A DNA stretch of 64,000 bases, taken from contig CBDBHB010000009.1 in the NCBI GenBank assembly GCA_965205505.1, positions 2,624,001 through 2,688,000 on the forward strand, given 5' to 3'. Of this stretch, positions 1 to 11,756 are shown one piece after another. Each line of letters opens with the position of its first letter. The first letter of the stretch is position 1. Position numbers and translations under genes: made by a program. A model generated the notes under the pieces. The model was not told the DNA's origin, did not search any database, and was given only the letters and a program-made list of their open reading frames with translations. Origin of the DNA: Acidobacteriota bacterium (GTDB taxonomy: Bacteria; Acidobacteriota; UBA890; WLXD01).

Positions 1-1411
1 GTACCTCGCCGGCGAGGAGGTCTCAGCCGATGAGATCGTAGCCGCTTTGCGTCAGGGCACCGTAATGCTGCAGCTGACCCCTGTGCTCGCCGGATCTGCA
101 TTCAAGAACAAGGGTGTCCAGCCGCTTCTGGACGCGGTGATCGACTATCTGCCGTCGCCCGTAGACGTGCCGCCGATCGAAGGTACCGACCCGGATGACG
201 ATCAACACACCATTCAGCGCAAGGCTGACGACGACGAGCCATTCTCGGCGCTGGTGTTCAAGATCATGACCGACCCGTTCGTCGGTCAACTCGCCTTCTT
301 CCGCGTGTACTCGGGGCAGGTTGAATCGGGTGAGCGTGTGCTGAACACGACCAGCGGTAAGAAGGAGCGCATCGGACGCTTGCTGAAGATGCACGCCAAC
401 AAACGCGAGGAGATCAAGAAAGTGCGGGCCGGCGATATCGCCGCCGCAGTCGGTCCAAAGACCGTTTCGACCGGCCATACGATCTGCGACCCGGACCATC
501 CGGTGCTGCTCGAGACGATGGAGTTCATGAAGCCGGTGATCGCGATGGCCATCGAGCCGAAGACGCGCGCCGATCAGGAGAAGCTCGCCGACGCGCTTTC
601 CAAGCTGCAGCGAGAGGACCCTACCTTCAAGGTGCATCGCGACGATGAGACCGGACAGACGATCATCGCCGGAATGGGGGAGCTACACCTCGACGTGCTG
701 GTCGATCGGATGTTCCGCGAGTTCGGTGTGCAGGCGAATGTGGGGGTGCCTCAGGTTGCCTACCGGGAAGCGATCACCAGGGCTGCCAAGGGCGAGGGGC
801 GTTTCGTCAGGCAGACGGGTGGTCGCGGCCAGTTTGGCCACGCGAAGATCGAGATCGAGCCGCTGCCGCCAGAAGAGGGTCAGAAGTTCGAGTTCATCAA
901 CCGCGTTGTTGGCGGCAAGGTCCCACGCGAATACATCCCGTCCGTCGAGCGTGGTATTCGCGAAGCCATGGACAACGGCCCGCTCGCTGGCTACGAGGTG
1001 GAAGGCGTTCGCGCCGCTTTGGTGGACGGCTCGTTCCACCAGGTCGATTCCTCAGAGATCGCCTTCAAGATCGCCGGTAGCATGGCGTTCAAGGACGCGA
1101 TGAAGAGCGCGGCGCCGGTGTTGATGGAGCCGATCATGGATCTGGAGATCGTCGTGCCCGAGGGGTACATGGGCGACGTGATTGCCGATATGAACAGCCG
1201 CCGCGGCCGCATCGAGAACCTCGACACGCGCGACGGATTGAAGATTATCAACGGCCGCGTGCCGCTGGCGGCGATGTTCGGCTACGCCACTGACCTGCGG
1301 TCGGTGACACAGGGGCGCGCCAACTTCACCATGCACTTCAAGTGCTACGAGCGAGTTCCGAAAACCATTACCGATGAGATCGTCCTGCGGGTGCGGGGCA
1401 AAGCGGTCTGA
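1..1411 (+). CDS. fusA: Elongation factor G (5'-truncated by window edge)
   Basis: Motifs [44 protein letters not shown]; directly upstream of tuf. Confidence 0.98.
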   Translation, partial: YLAGEEVSADEIVAALRQGTVMLQLTPVLAGSAFKNKGVQPLLDAVIDYLPSPVDVPPIEGTDPDDDQHTIQRKADDDEPFSALVFKIMTDPFVGQLAFFRVYSGQVESGERVLNTTSGKKERIGRLLKMHANKREEIKKVRAGDIAAAVGPKTVSTGHTICDPDHPVLLETMEFMKPVIAMAIEPKTRADQEKLADALSKLQREDPTFKVHRDDETGQTIIAGMGELHLDVLVDRMFREFGVQANVGVPQVAYREAITRAAKGEGRFVRQTGGRGQFGHAKIEIEPLPPEEGQKFEFINRVVGGKVPREYIPSVERGIREAMDNGPLAGYEVEGVRAALVDGSFHQVDSSEIAFKIAGSMAFKDAMKSAAPVLMEPIMDLEIVVPEGYMGDVIADMNSRRGRIENLDTRDGLKIINGRVPLAAMFGYATDLRSVTQGRANFTMHFKCYERVPKTITDEIVLRVRGKAV

Positions 1412-1451
1412 CCTGATGGATCGCTGAGAGAACCCTGGAGAGAAAGAAGCG

Positions 1452-2645
1452 ATGGCGAAGGAGAAATTCGAACGGACGAAGCCGCATGTAAACGTGGGGA
1501 CGATTGGGCACGTGGACCACGGCAAGACGACGTTGACGCAGGCGATCACGCTGATTTTGTCGAAGTTGGGACGAGCGGACTACACGCCGTTCGATGAGAT
1601 CGACAAGGCGCCCGAGGAGAGAGAGCGAGGGATCACGATCGCGATAGCGCACGTTGAGTACGAGTCGGAGACAAGGCATTACGCGCACGTGGACTGCCCA
1701 GGGCACGCGGATTACATCAAGAACATGATCACGGGTGCGGCGCAGATGGACGGAGCGATCTTGGTGGTGTCGGCGGCAGATGGGCCGATGCCGCAGACGC
1801 GGGAGCACATATTGCTGGCAAGGCAGGTGGGAGTGCCGGCGATGGTGGTGTTTCTGAACAAGGTCGACATGGTGGACGACGAGGAGCTGCTGGAGCTGGT
1901 GGAGCTGGAGGTACGGGAGCTGCTGTCGACGTATGAGTTTCCAGGGGACGATCTTCCGGTGGTAAAGGGATCGGCGCTGCAGGCGGCGGAGTCGGGAGAT
2001 CCGGAGTCGGAGGCCGGCAAGCAGATTCTCGAGTTGGTGGAAGCGCTTGACAGCTATATACCGGAGCCGAAGCGAGCGCTGGACCAGGCTTTCATGATGG
2101 CGATCGAGGACGTGTTCACGATCTCTGGACGAGGCACGGTGGTAACGGGCCGAATCGACCGGGGAGTGGTGAAGACGGGAGAAGAGGTGGAGATCGTCGG
2201 GATTCGCGAGACGCAGAAGAAGGTGGTGACGGGAGTAGAGATGTTCCGGAAGATTCTCGATGAGGGTCAAGCCGGAGACAACGTGGGCGTGTTGTTGAGG
2301 GGAACGGACCGAGATGATGTGGAGCGGGGGCAGGTGCTGGCGAAGCCAGGAACGATCAAGCCGCACACGAGGTTTTCGGCCGAGGTGTATGTGTTGACCA
2401 AGGATGAGGGAGGTCGACATACGCCGTTCTTCAAGGGATACCGGCCGCAGTTTTATTTCAGGACGACGGATGTGACCGGCTCGGTAGAGTTGCCCGAAGG
2501 CGTGGAGATGGTGATGCCCGGGGACAACGTGACGATCGCCGGAGATTTGATCACACCGATCGCGATGGAGAAGGGTCTGCGGTTTGCTATCCGCGAGGGC
2601 GGACGAACGGTGGGCGCTGGCACGATCACTGATATCCACGAGTAG
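1452..2645 (+). CDS. tuf: Elongation factor Tu
   Basis: [30 protein letters not shown]. Confidence 0.99.
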   Translation: MAKEKFERTKPHVNVGTIGHVDHGKTTLTQAITLILSKLGRADYTPFDEIDKAPEERERGITIAIAHVEYESETRHYAHVDCPGHADYIKNMITGAAQMDGAILVVSAADGPMPQTREHILLARQVGVPAMVVFLNKVDMVDDEELLELVELEVRELLSTYEFPGDDLPVVKGSALQAAESGDPESEAGKQILELVEALDSYIPEPKRALDQAFMMAIEDVFTISGRGTVVTGRIDRGVVKTGEEVEIVGIRETQKKVVTGVEMFRKILDEGQAGDNVGVLLRGTDRDDVERGQVLAKPGTIKPHTRFSAEVYVLTKDEGGRHTPFFKGYRPQFYFRTTDVTGSVELPEGVEMVMPGDNVTIAGDLITPIAMEKGLRFAIREGGRTVGAGTITDIHE

Positions 2646-2690
2646 GGCGCCGAGTATCGGGGTTCTCACAAATGCTGAAGGTGTAGCGGG

Positions 2691-3011
2691 ATGGACCAGA
2701 AAATTCGAATCCGGCTCAAGGCCTACGACTATCGCGTGCTCGACCAGTCGGCGCACGAGATCGTCGACACGGCCGAGCGTACGGGGGCTGAGGTAGCCGG
2801 TCCTATCCCGCTGCCTACCGAGCGCGCTGTCTACACGGTGCTGCGCTCTCCCCATGTCAACAAGAAGTCGCGGGAACAGTTCGAGATCCGCACCCACAAG
2901 CGACTCGTAGACATCCTGACAGCCACTCCGCAAACGGTGGACGCGCTGATGAAGCTCGATCTTCCGGCGGGTGTGGATGTAGAGATCAAGGCCTTCGGGC
3001 CTGAACACTGA
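2691..3011 (+). CDS. rpsJ: 30S ribosomal protein S10
   Basis: [10 protein letters not shown]...GPIPLPT...[14 protein letters not shown]. Confidence 0.99.
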   Translation: MDQKIRIRLKAYDYRVLDQSAHEIVDTAERTGAEVAGPIPLPTERAVYTVLRSPHVNKKSREQFEIRTHKRLVDILTATPQTVDALMKLDLPAGVDVEIKAFGPEH

Positions 3012-3022
3012 CGGCGGCAGAG

Positions 3023-3655
3023 ATGAAGGGTCTGATCGGACAGAAGGTCGGAATGACGCGGATCTTCGATGACGCTGGCAACCACGTGCCGGTAACCGTG
3101 CTGCGTGCCGGCCCGTGCGTCGTGTTGCAGGTGCGCAATGAGGAGCGTGATGGCTATCGCGCCGCGCAGTTGGGCTACATCGAGGAGGGTCTGCGGCCCG
3201 AAAAGCTCAACAAACCGACCCGAGGACATCTCGCGAAGGTCGGAGCGCCACCGGTGCGCATGATCCGTGAGTTCCCGCTGTCTGTCGAGGCCGAGACGAA
3301 GGAGGGCGATCGACTCACGGTGGAGCTCTTCAGCGACGTCGAGAAGGTGGATGTAACAGCAACGAGCAAGGGGCGCGGCTTTGCCGGTGTGATGAAGCGC
3401 TACGGCTTCAAGGGCGGCAAGGCAACACATGGTTCGATGTTCCATCGGGCGCCCGGCGCTATCGGCCAGGCGGCGTGGCCATCGCGAGTGTTCAAAGGCA
3501 AGAAGATGCCCGGGCAGATGGGCGGTCGGCGTGTTACCCAGCAGGGGCTGCGGGTGGTAAAGGTGGATCCGGAGCGCCACCTGCTAATGGTCAGGGGAGC
3601 GGTGCCCGGGGCGCCGCGCGGATACGTGCTCATACGCCAAGCGGTTCGAGGTTGA
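3023..3655 (+). CDS. rplC: 50S ribosomal protein L3
   Basis: [30 protein letters not shown]; S10 operon order. Confidence 0.99.
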   Translation: MKGLIGQKVGMTRIFDDAGNHVPVTVLRAGPCVVLQVRNEERDGYRAAQLGYIEEGLRPEKLNKPTRGHLAKVGAPPVRMIREFPLSVEAETKEGDRLTVELFSDVEKVDVTATSKGRGFAGVMKRYGFKGGKATHGSMFHRAPGAIGQAAWPSRVFKGKKMPGQMGGRRVTQQGLRVVKVDPERHLLMVRGAVPGAPRGYVLIRQAVRG

Positions 3656-3657
3656 CG

Positions 3658-4281
3658 ATGCCAACGTTGGACGTGCGGGATCGCAGCAACAAGGTTGTCG
3701 GCTCGATCGAGGTTGGCGCCAGCGTCTTCGAGCGACCGGTCAAGCGGTGCCTGTTGCACGAAGCCGTGGTGAATTACCAGGCGGCGCAGCGGCGTGGCAC
3801 GCATGCCACCAAGACGCGCGGCGAGGTTCGAGGGTCGAAGCGCAAGCCGTGGCGACAGAAGGGCAGCGGGCGTGCCCGCGCCGGTGATCGGCGCAGCCCG
3901 ATTTGGCGCAAGGGTGGTACGGCGTTCGGTCCGCAAGTACGCGACCACTCGACGATATTGCCGCGTCGCAAGATGCGCATCGCGCTGCAGATGGCGCTGT
4001 CGTCGAAGTGTGCCGACGGTCAGATCGTAGTCCTGGACGAGATGACGCTCGACGCCCCCAAGACGAAGTTGATGGCGACGTTGCTTGCCGGGTTGGAGCT
4101 CAGCGGCAAGACGCTGATTTACGATCCGGAGGGTAGCGAGGAGTTCGCACGCGCGGCTCGGAACCTGCCCAACGCAAAGGTTGTTGGCGGGTTCGGGCTC
4201 AGCGTCTATGACTTGCTGCTGCACGACACGCTGCTCACCACCAAGGCTGGGATCAGCCAGATCGACGAGGCCCTGCGATGA
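3658..4281 (+). CDS. rplD: 50S ribosomal protein L4
   Basis: RGTHATKTRGEVRG...KPWRQKGSGRARAG; ATG at 3658 just after rplC stop. Confidence 0.98.
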   Translation: MPTLDVRDRSNKVVGSIEVGASVFERPVKRCLLHEAVVNYQAAQRRGTHATKTRGEVRGSKRKPWRQKGSGRARAGDRRSPIWRKGGTAFGPQVRDHSTILPRRKMRIALQMALSSKCADGQIVVLDEMTLDAPKTKLMATLLAGLELSGKTLIYDPEGSEEFARAARNLPNAKVVGGFGLSVYDLLLHDTLLTTKAGISQIDEALR

Positions 4282-4568
4282 ACGTGCACGACGTCATTCG
4301 CCGGCCGGTGATCACGGAGAAGGCGACGGTCTTGAAGGACAGCCAGCACACTCTTTGCTTCGAGGTGGCGAGGCGCGCTACGTCCGTCGACGTCCAGCGT
4401 GCGGTGGAGAAGGTTTTCAAGGTCAAGGTAGAGCGCGTGCGGATCATGAACGTGCGCGGTAAGCCAAAGCGTCTCGGTCGCTATGCCGGCTACAAGCCGG
4501 CGTGGAAGAAGGCCTACGTGCGGTTGGCAGCCGATCAGAGCATGATCGAGTACTTCGAGGGAGTCTGA
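4278..4568 (+). CDS. rplW: 50S ribosomal protein L23
   Basis: [10 protein letters not shown]...WKKAYVRL. Confidence 0.98.
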   Translation: MNVHDVIRRPVITEKATVLKDSQHTLCFEVARRATSVDVQRAVEKVFKVKVERVRIMNVRGKPKRLGRYAGYKPAWKKAYVRLAADQSMIEYFEGV

Positions 4569-4569
4569 G

Positions 4570-5409
4570 ATGGGTATGCGACAGCTGAAGCCTACGTCCC
4601 CGGGCACGCGCTTCCGCAAGGGCTCCGATTTTGCCGATATCACTCAGTCCAAGCCGCTCCGCGCGCTGACCAAAGGGAAGCGCGCTACGTCGGGCCGCAA
4701 CCACAAGGGTCGGATGACGATCCGCCATCGTGGTGGAGCGCACAAGCGCAGGTATCGCACTATCGACTTCAAGCGCGGCAAGACGGGCGTGCCGGCCAAG
4801 GTTGCGACGATCGAGTACGATCCGAATCGCACCGCGCGCATTGCCCTGCTGCACTATCTCGACGGTGAAAAATGCTACATTGTGGCGCAGGTGGGAGTGG
4901 GCGTTGGCGACATGCTGATGTCGGGACCCCAGGCCGATATCCGACCGGGAAACGCATTGCCGTTGCGTGCAATACCGCTCGGCACGATCATCTCCTGCAT
5001 CGAAATGAAGCCGGGCAAAGGCGCACAGATTGCGCGCAGCGCGGGCGCGCAGGCGACCTTGGCGGCGAAGGAGGGGCGGTATGCTCACATCCGGTTGCCG
5101 TCGGCCGAGGTTCGGCTGATCCATCTCGACTGCATGGCAGTCATCGGCCAGGTCGGCAACGTCGAGAACAACAACGAGTCTTACGGCAAGGCCGGTCGTC
5201 GCCGGTGGCTTGGTCGCCGGCCGCATACGCGAGGTGTTGCGATGAACCCGGTCGACCACCCGATGGGTGGTGGTGAGGGCAAGGCGTCGGGTGGTCGGCA
5301 TCCGTGCACGCCGTGGGGCAAGCCGACCAAAGGCGCCAAGACCCGCCACAACAAGCGCACCGATCGCTCCATTGTCAGGCGTCGAGATCAAGGCCGCAGG
5401 AGGAAGTAG
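4570..5409 (+). CDS. rplB: 50S ribosomal protein L2
   Basis: [30 protein letters not shown]. Confidence 0.99.
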   Translation: MGMRQLKPTSPGTRFRKGSDFADITQSKPLRALTKGKRATSGRNHKGRMTIRHRGGAHKRRYRTIDFKRGKTGVPAKVATIEYDPNRTARIALLHYLDGEKCYIVAQVGVGVGDMLMSGPQADIRPGNALPLRAIPLGTIISCIEMKPGKGAQIARSAGAQATLAAKEGRYAHIRLPSAEVRLIHLDCMAVIGQVGNVENNNESYGKAGRRRWLGRRPHTRGVAMNPVDHPMGGGEGKASGGRHPCTPWGKPTKGAKTRHNKRTDRSIVRRRDQGRRRK

Positions 5410-5411
5410 GG

Positions 5412-5699
5412 ATGGCACGGTCGCTCAAGAAAGGGCCTTACGTCGAGGCTTCGCTGCGGAGCAAGATCGACGTCATGAACAGCGCCGGTGACCGCAATGT
5501 GGTCAAGACGTGGTCGCGTCGTTCGACCATCGTGCCGGAGATGGTCGGACACACCTTGGCGGTGCACAACGGCAAACGGTTCATTCCAGTCTACATCACC
5601 GAGAACATGGTGGGCCACAAGCTCGGCGAGTTCGCCCCGACCCGGACTTTCCGCTCCCATGCTGGCGGGCGGTCGGATCGCAAAGCTGGGTTCAGATAA
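5412..5699 (+). CDS. rpsS: 30S ribosomal protein S19
   Basis: MARSLKKGP...TWSRRSTI...[13 protein letters not shown]. Confidence 0.99.
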   Translation: MARSLKKGPYVEASLRSKIDVMNSAGDRNVVKTWSRRSTIVPEMVGHTLAVHNGKRFIPVYITENMVGHKLGEFAPTRTFRSHAGGRSDRKAGFR

Positions 5700-5702
5700 G
5701 GC

Positions 5703-6056
5703 ATGAGTGAGAACGTGAGCAAAGCGCGTGGACGATACCTTCGCGGGTCGCCGCAGAAATTTCGGCTCGTGGTTGACTTGATCCGAGGTCGAGCCGTGCC
5801 CGAAGCTCTCGGCATCCTGGAGCTTTCCACCAAGCGAGCTTCGTTGGTGATCGAGAAGGTCTTGCGCTCAGCGGTCGCTAACGCCGAGAACCTCAAGCCG
5901 GATGTCGACGTAGACGAGCTCTACGTCGCGGCGATCATGGTCGATCCCGGCCCGACGCTACCGACACGCATCCGGCCTCAGCCCATGGGTCGGGCGTTCC
6001 CGATCATCAAGAGAACCAGCCACGTGACCGTGAAGTTGGCAGAGAGGGAGGCCTGA
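5703..6056 (+). CDS. rplV: 50S ribosomal protein L22
   Basis: [29 protein letters not shown]. Confidence 0.98.
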   Translation: MSENVSKARGRYLRGSPQKFRLVVDLIRGRAVPEALGILELSTKRASLVIEKVLRSAVANAENLKPDVDVDELYVAAIMVDPGPTLPTRIRPQPMGRAFPIIKRTSHVTVKLAEREA

Positions 6057-6057
6057 A

Positions 6058-6717
6058 TTGGGTCAGAAAGTTCATCCATACGGCTTCCGCCTCGGATACA
6101 CGAAGGAGTGGCGCTCGCGCTGGTTCTCTATCAAGGATTACGCCGAACTGCTGCACGAGGACATCGCCCTACGCGACATGATCAAGACGCGCCTGCATCA
6201 CGCGGGGATCTCCAAGGTGGACATCGAGCGCGCCGCGAACAAGCTCAAGATCGATGTGCATACGGCGCGCCCGGGTATCGTAATCGGTCGCAAGGGCGCC
6301 GAGGTGGACCGCCTGAAGCGGAGCGTGGAAGAGCTGACTGGCCGCGAGGTGTTCATTAACATCCAGGAGGTTCATCGCCCCGAGCTCGATGCTCAGCTGG
6401 TTGCGGAGAGCGTTGCGATGCAATTGGAGCGTCGCGTCGCGTTCCGCCGCGCGATGCGCAAGGCGGTCGAGAACGCCCAGCGCTTCGGCGCCGAGGGTAT
6501 CAGGGTGCGCTGCGGCGGACGCCTTGGTGGTCTCGAGATCTCGCGCGCCGAGTGGTACCTACACGGCAAGCTGCCGTTACACACGCTGCGCGCCGATATC
6601 GACTATGGCTTTGCCGAGGCGCGCACGACCTATGGGCGCATCGGCGTGAAAGTGTGGATTTATCAGGGCGAGATACTCAGCCCCGACATGGCTCGCCGTA
6701 CCAGGGCGTCGTCGTAA
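6058..6717 (+). CDS. rpsC: 30S ribosomal protein S3 (TTG start)
   Basis: [35 protein letters not shown]. Confidence 0.99.
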   Translation: MGQKVHPYGFRLGYTKEWRSRWFSIKDYAELLHEDIALRDMIKTRLHHAGISKVDIERAANKLKIDVHTARPGIVIGRKGAEVDRLKRSVEELTGREVFINIQEVHRPELDAQLVAESVAMQLERRVAFRRAMRKAVENAQRFGAEGIRVRCGGRLGGLEISRAEWYLHGKLPLHTLRADIDYGFAEARTTYGRIGVKVWIYQGEILSPDMARRTRASS

Positions 6718-6729
6718 GGAGCGTCTCAG

Positions 6730-7155
6730 ATGCTGATGCCCAAGAAAATCAAGTACCGCAAGCAGCACCGTGGACGTCGTCGGGGCAAGGCCCTGCGCGG
6801 TGCCACGGTCTCCTTCGGCGAGTACGGCTTGCAAGCGTTGGAGCCGGCTTGGATTACCGCTCGTCAGATCGAGGCGGCACGCGTTGCCATGACTAGGCAC
6901 GTCAAGCGCGGCGGCAAGATCTGGATCCGGATGTTTCCCGACAAGCCAGTGACCAAGAAGCCGGCGGAAGTTCGGATGGGTAAGGGCAAGGGCAACCCTG
7001 AGTTCTGGGTCGCGGTCGTGCGGCCGGGGCGCATCATGTACGAGATCGAAGGTGTGAGTGAAGCCATTGCACGGGCGGCAATGCGACGGGCTGCGGCCAA
7101 GCTGCCCATTCGCACGCGAGTAGTGAAACGCTTTGTGGAGGAGCTGCGATGGTAG
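6730..7155 (+). CDS. rplP: 50S ribosomal protein L16
   Basis: [22 protein letters not shown]. Confidence 0.99.
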   Translation: MLMPKKIKYRKQHRGRRRGKALRGATVSFGEYGLQALEPAWITARQIEAARVAMTRHVKRGGKIWIRMFPDKPVTKKPAEVRMGKGKGNPEFWVAVVRPGRIMYEIEGVSEAIARAAMRRAAAKLPIRTRVVKRFVEELRW

Positions 7156-7376
7156 CCGATGAGCTCCGCGACATGACCAACAGCGAGATCAACGACCGGA
7201 TTCGAGACCGGCGTGAGCAGCTATTAAAGCTCCGGTTCCAAAAGACCACCGGCCAAGTTGAAAGCGCCGCCAAGTTGTCCAGTGTTCGTCGAGAGGTCGC
7301 ACGCGCGCTGACGATTCTGCGGGAGCGGGAGCTGGCGCCTGTGGTTACTGGCGAGACGGCTCCGGCCGCTACGTGA
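7149..7376 (+). CDS. rpmC: 50S ribosomal protein L29
   Basis: LRFQKTTGQ...[14 protein letters not shown]; position after rplP. Confidence 0.96.
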   Translation: MVADELRDMTNSEINDRIRDRREQLLKLRFQKTTGQVESAAKLSSVRREVARALTILRERELAPVVTGETAPAAT

Positions 7377-7395
7377 GGTCTTGGAGGACTTTGCA

Positions 7396-7701
7396 ATGAA
7401 CACAGCGAGCAGCGAAGAAACTCGCCCGCGCGGTAACAAGCGCGAAGAAGTCGGCGTCGTTACCAGCGACAAGATGGACAAGACCGTGGTGGTTACCGTC
7501 GAGCGCGTCTGGTCGCATCCGATGTATCGCAAGGTCGTGCGCACGCGCAGCAAGTTCATGGCGCACGATGGAGACAACAGCTGCCAGATAGGCGATCGTG
7601 TTCGAGTAACCGAATGCCGGCCGATGTCGGCGCGCAAGCGCTGGCGTGTGGCCGAGATTATCCAGCGTGCTCCCGGCGGCGTCGGCGGCACGGGCGAGTG
7701 A
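7396..7701 (+). CDS. rpsQ: 30S ribosomal protein S17
   Basis: [31 protein letters not shown]; GGAGG RBS before ATG 7396. Confidence 0.97.
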   Translation: MNTASSEETRPRGNKREEVGVVTSDKMDKTVVVTVERVWSHPMYRKVVRTRSKFMAHDGDNSCQIGDRVRVTECRPMSARKRWRVAEIIQRAPGGVGGTGE

Positions 7702-7717
7702 CGGCGAGGCAAGCAGC

Positions 7718-8089
7718 ATGATTCAAATGGAGACTGTGCTCGACGTTGCTGACAACTCCGGCGCACGCAAGATCGCTTGCATCCGGCGTCTGGGCGGATC
7801 GAGCGTCGGGCAGATTGCTGGCTTGGGCGACGTCATCTCGGCGGCGGTAAAGGAGGCGGTGCCTCACGGTACGATCAAGAAGGGCGAGGTCGTGCGTGCC
7901 GTGATCGTGCGCACACGCAAGGAGACCGGTCGCAAGGACGGCTCGTACATCCGCTTCGACAACAACGCTGCGGTACTCATCGACGCGCAGAACGAGCCGA
8001 TCGGAACCCGCGTGTTCGGTCCGGTCGGGCGCGAGCTTCGCGAGCGTCGGTTCATGAAGATCGTTTCGCTTGCCCCCGAGGTGCTGTGA
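7718..8089 (+). CDS. rplN: 50S ribosomal protein L14
   Basis: [16 protein letters not shown]...IVSLAPEVL. Confidence 0.99.
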   Translation: MIQMETVLDVADNSGARKIACIRRLGGSSVGQIAGLGDVISAAVKEAVPHGTIKKGEVVRAVIVRTRKETGRKDGSYIRFDNNAAVLIDAQNEPIGTRVFGPVGRELRERRFMKIVSLAPEVL

Positions 8090-8415
8090 TGTCCGGACCA
8101 CGGGTGAAGCGCCAAGATACGGTCTACGTGAACGCGGGGCGCGACAAGGGCAAGACGGGCCGGGTGCTCGCGGTGCACCCCGAGAAGCAGCGGGTGCTCG
8201 TTGAGGGGATTAACATGGTGACCCGTGCGGTTCGGCCGAACCCGCAGAAGAACATCAAGGGTGGTCTCGTCCGTAGCGAGCAGACTCTCCACATTTCCAA
8301 CGTCGCCGTGATTGACCCAGAGACCAACTTGCCGACGCGGGTTGGCTATCAGTTCCTCGAGGACGGCTCGAAAGTACGGGTCAGTCGTCAAGGCGCCATC
8401 ATCGACAAGAGTTGA
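8089..8415 (+). CDS. rplX: 50S ribosomal protein L24
   Basis: KOW motif [23 protein letters not shown]. Confidence 0.98.
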   Translation: MSGPRVKRQDTVYVNAGRDKGKTGRVLAVHPEKQRVLVEGINMVTRAVRPNPQKNIKGGLVRSEQTLHISNVAVIDPETNLPTRVGYQFLEDGSKVRVSRQGAIIDKS

Positions 8416-8428
8416 CGAGGACGAGACG

Positions 8429-8986
8429 ATGATCGCGCGCATGAAGAAGCTCTACGATGAAGAGATCCTTTCCAAGCTCGTCGAGAACGGCGCCTATCAG
8501 AACTCGATGGCGGCACCGCGACTTGTCAAGATCAGCGTCAACATGGGCGTTGGCGGCGCTTCACAAGACATCAAGGAGCTCGATAGGGCGGTAGACGAGC
8601 TAGGCTTGATCACCGGCCAGAAGCCGGTTGTACGCCGTGCTCGCAAGTCCATTGCCGCATTCAAGTTGCGCGAGGGGATGCCGGTAGGTTGCTCGGTGAC
8701 TTTGCGCGGCAAGAAAATGTGGGAGTTCCTGGATCGGCTGATTACCATCACGTTGCCTCGTGTGAGGGATTTCCGCGGTGTTCCGCGGCGATCGTTCGAC
8801 GGTCGCGGGAACTACACTCTAGGGCTCACCGACCAGCTCATCTTTCCCGAGGTCGACTACACCAAGGTGGACAAAGTTCGGGGCATGAACGTGACGATTT
8901 GTACATCCGCGGCCACGGACGAAGGCGCCCGCACCTTGCTCGAGGCGCTGGGCATGCCGTTCCGCCGCGACGAATTAGGACGCTAA
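8429..8986 (+). CDS. rplE: 50S ribosomal protein L5
   Basis: [34 protein letters not shown]. Confidence 0.99.
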   Translation: MIARMKKLYDEEILSKLVENGAYQNSMAAPRLVKISVNMGVGGASQDIKELDRAVDELGLITGQKPVVRRARKSIAAFKLREGMPVGCSVTLRGKKMWEFLDRLITITLPRVRDFRGVPRRSFDGRGNYTLGLTDQLIFPEVDYTKVDKVRGMNVTICTSAATDEGARTLLEALGMPFRRDELGR

Positions 8987-8991
8987 CAAAC

Positions 8992-9177
8992 GTGGCCACA
9001 GCAGCTTGGATCGCCAAGTCGAAGCGCAAGCCCAAGTTCTCGACTCGCAGGAACAGTCGTTGCCGTCTCTGCGGACGCTCGCGAGCGTACATGCGGAAGT
9101 TCCAGCTTTGCCGCATCTGCTTTCGACAGCGGGCGCTGAACGGGGAGCTTCCAGGCGTCAAGAAGGCGAGCTGGTAG
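8992..9177 (+). CDS. rpsN: 30S ribosomal protein S14, zinc-binding (type Z), GTG start
   Basis: 61 aa; RCRLCGR...LCRICFR...[11 protein letters not shown]. Confidence 0.97.
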   Translation: MATAAWIAKSKRKPKFSTRRNSRCRLCGRSRAYMRKFQLCRICFRQRALNGELPGVKKASW

Positions 9178-9193
9178 GCCGGAGACCCGAACC

Positions 9194-9589
9194 ATGATGA
9201 CAGACCCAGTCGCGGACATGCTCACCAGGATTCGCAACGCCATCCGTGCGCGGCACGAACACGTACGAATTCCGGCGTCAAACACCAAGCGCGAGATTGC
9301 CCGAATCCTGCGCGAAGAAGGGTACGTCAAATCGGTCGAGCCCATCGAGGATGGTCCCCAGGGCGGGATCGACATCGAGCTCAAGTACGTCGACGGCGAA
9401 GAGGCGGCGATTACCGGCATACAGCGCGTTAGCAAGCCGGGCTGTCGCATCTATTGCGGCAAAGGCGACCTGCCGCGCATTTTGAACGGGTTGGGAGTTG
9501 CCATCATTTCGACCTCGCGCGGTGTTCTCACCGACCGTCAGTGCCGTGAACACGGCGTTGGCGGCGAAGTGCTCTGCGAGGTGTGGTAG
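9194..9589 (+). CDS. rpsH: 30S ribosomal protein S8
   Basis: [29 protein letters not shown]. Confidence 0.99.
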   Translation: MMTDPVADMLTRIRNAIRARHEHVRIPASNTKREIARILREEGYVKSVEPIEDGPQGGIDIELKYVDGEEAAITGIQRVSKPGCRIYCGKGDLPRILNGLGVAIISTSRGVLTDRQCREHGVGGEVLCEVW

Positions 9590-9591
9590 CC

Positions 9592-10140
9592 ATGTCACGC
9601 GTTGGATACATGCCGATTCCGGTGCCGGAAGGCGTCAAGGTCGACATAGGGAGCGACCGGCTCGTGGTGACCGGATCAAAAGGTGAGCTGACTTCGCCGG
9701 TGCCCGCCGGGATCAGCTTCGAGATCGAGGGTGCCGCGTTGGTCGCGAAACGTGCCGACGATGCCAAGCAGACGCGGGCCTTTCACGGCTTGGCGCGCGC
9801 GCTGGCGTCTAATGCCGTGGTCGGCGTGAGCGAGGGCTTCAAGCGAGAGCTGGAGATTCAAGGCATCGGTTACCGGGCGTCGATGCAGGGAAGCACCTTG
9901 AGCATGCAGCTCGGGTTCTCCCACACGGTGGAGTTTCCGGTGCCGAAGGACATCCAGATTTCCACGCCGGAGCAGACGAAGATCGTCGTCGAGGGCATCG
10001 ACAAGCAACGGGTCGGCGAGATTGCCGCGCAAATCCGCCGCCACCGTCCGCCCGACGCCTACAAGGGCAAGGGCATTCGCTACCGCGATGAGTTGGTTCG
10101 CACGAAGGTCGGCAAGGCCGGCGTGACGGCTGCTTTGTAG
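9592..10140 (+). CDS. rplF: 50S ribosomal protein L6
   Basis: [26 protein letters not shown]. Confidence 0.99.
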   Translation: MSRVGYMPIPVPEGVKVDIGSDRLVVTGSKGELTSPVPAGISFEIEGAALVAKRADDAKQTRAFHGLARALASNAVVGVSEGFKRELEIQGIGYRASMQGSTLSMQLGFSHTVEFPVPKDIQISTPEQTKIVVEGIDKQRVGEIAAQIRRHRPPDAYKGKGIRYRDELVRTKVGKAGVTAAL

Positions 10141-10152
10141 AGGTTTCGACCC

Positions 10153-10530
10153 ATGCAGGTTAATCGCAGGAAGAAAAAGGAAGTCCGGCGAGCGGCGGTG
10201 CGGCTCCGTGTGCGACGCAAGGTGCGCGGCAGTGAACAGCGCCCACGGCTGGCCGTGTTCCGATCGAATCGGCACCTGCATCTACAGATCATTAACGACA
10301 ATGCCGGGCACACATTGGCGTCGGTATCGACGCTCGAGAAGGTGTTTCGTGAGCGCGGCTTCGATGCCGGGGCGAATCGCGAGGCCGCCGCTGCAGCAGG
10401 CACGTTGCTTGCGGAGCGCGCTCTCGGCGCTGGTATCAAGCAGATCGTCTTTGACCGTGGCGGCTACGACTATCACGGGCGCGTACGAGCGCTTGCCGAC
10501 GCCGCGCGTGAGGGCGGCCTGGAATTCTGA
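10153..10530 (+). CDS. rplR: 50S ribosomal protein L18
   Basis: [30 protein letters not shown]. Confidence 0.99.
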   Translation: MQVNRRKKKEVRRAAVRLRVRRKVRGSEQRPRLAVFRSNRHLHLQIINDNAGHTLASVSTLEKVFRERGFDAGANREAAAAAGTLLAERALGAGIKQIVFDRGGYDYHGRVRALADAAREGGLEF

Positions 10531-10543
10531 GGAGAGGCCGCGA

Positions 10544-11071
10544 ATGAAGAAGAGAGTCAACTACATAGACCAGTCTCAAATCGAGCATCAACTGCAGGAC
10601 ACCGTGGTGGCGATCAATCGCGTCACCAAGGTGGTCAAGGGCGGTAAGAACCTCGGGTTCAACGCCTTAGTCGTGGTTGGTGATCGCCATGGTCATGTTG
10701 GGTATGGACTCGGCAAGGCCCGCGAGGTGCAGTTGGCGATCCGCAAGGGCGTGCAAGAAGCGCAGAAGGCGCTCGTGAAGGTGCCGCTAAGTGGTACGAC
10801 AGTGCCGCATGGTATCGAGGGCCGGTATGGCGCCGGGCACGTACTGCTCAAGCCTGCCGGGCCCGGGACAGGAGTGATCGCTGGCGGTGCGGTGCGCGCG
10901 GCGCTCGAGTTAGCCGGTGTGGGTGACATCCTCACCAAGTGCATCGGGTCGCGTAACCCGCACAACATGCTCAAGGCCACCTTCGACGCGTTCGCCAAGC
11001 TCAAGGACCCGGCAGAGGTAGCACGCATCCGTGGTGTGCCGCTCGAGCACTTGCAGCCTTCGACAAAGTAG
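10544..11071 (+). CDS. rpsE: 30S ribosomal protein S5
   Basis: [19 protein letters not shown]. Confidence 0.98.
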   Translation: MKKRVNYIDQSQIEHQLQDTVVAINRVTKVVKGGKNLGFNALVVVGDRHGHVGYGLGKAREVQLAIRKGVQEAQKALVKVPLSGTTVPHGIEGRYGAGHVLLKPAGPGTGVIAGGAVRAALELAGVGDILTKCIGSRNPHNMLKATFDAFAKLKDPAEVARIRGVPLEHLQPSTK

Positions 11072-11088
11072 AGACGAGGATCCGGAGT

Positions 11089-11277
11089 ATGGCGAAGAAG
11101 CTGATCATCGAGCAGACGCGTAGCAAGATCGGACGGCCGAAGCCGCAGCACGAGGCACTCAAGGGACTTGGCCTGCGGCGCATTGGCCATCGTGTTGAGC
11201 GCGACGACTCACCGCGCGTACGTGGGCAGATCAACGTGATCTCGCATTTGGTGAAGGTGGAGGAAGCCGGGTCGTAG
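11089..11277 (+). CDS. rpmD: 50S ribosomal protein L30
   Basis: RSKIG...LKGLGLRRI...HLV. Confidence 0.97.
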   Translation: MAKKLIIEQTRSKIGRPKPQHEALKGLGLRRIGHRVERDDSPRVRGQINVISHLVKVEEAGS

Positions 11278-11312
11278 GCCACCAGGCTTGGCGATCCGAC
11301 AGGAGGTTGGGC

Positions 11313-11756
11313 GTGAAGATCCACGAGGTAGGGCCGAAGCAGGGTAGTCGACGGGCGCGCAAGCGAATCGGTCGTGGCCGCTCCTCGGGCCACGGCAAGA
11401 CCAGCTGCCGCGGTGAGAACGGTGCCAAATCGCGCTCGGGCTATAGCCGCAAAGTCGGCTTCGAGGGCGGGCAGATGCCGCTCGTTCGCCGTATTCCCAA
11501 GCGCGGATTCAAGAACCCTTTTCGTACGCGTTGGGCGGAGGTGAACCTCGACCAGTTGACACGCTTCGACGCCGGTAGCACGGTCGACCCCGAGTTGCTC
11601 GCCTCGATCGGCCTGATCAAGGGCCGCTACGAGAAAGTCGTGGTGATGGGGCGCGGTGAGCTTGGCGTGGCGCTCAACATCAAGGTGCACCGCTTCACGA
11701 GCTCGGCAGCCACCAAGATCACCGAGGCCGGCGGCACCGCGGAGGTGCTCGGATGA
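11313..11756 (+). CDS. rplO: 50S ribosomal protein L15
   Basis: RIGRGRSSGHGKT, GFEGGQMPL; AGGAGG RBS 6 nt before GTG 11313. Confidence 0.98.
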   Translation: MKIHEVGPKQGSRRARKRIGRGRSSGHGKTSCRGENGAKSRSGYSRKVGFEGGQMPLVRRIPKRGFKNPFRTRWAEVNLDQLTRFDAGSTVDPELLASIGLIKGRYEKVVVMGRGELGVALNIKVHRFTSSAATKITEAGGTAEVLG

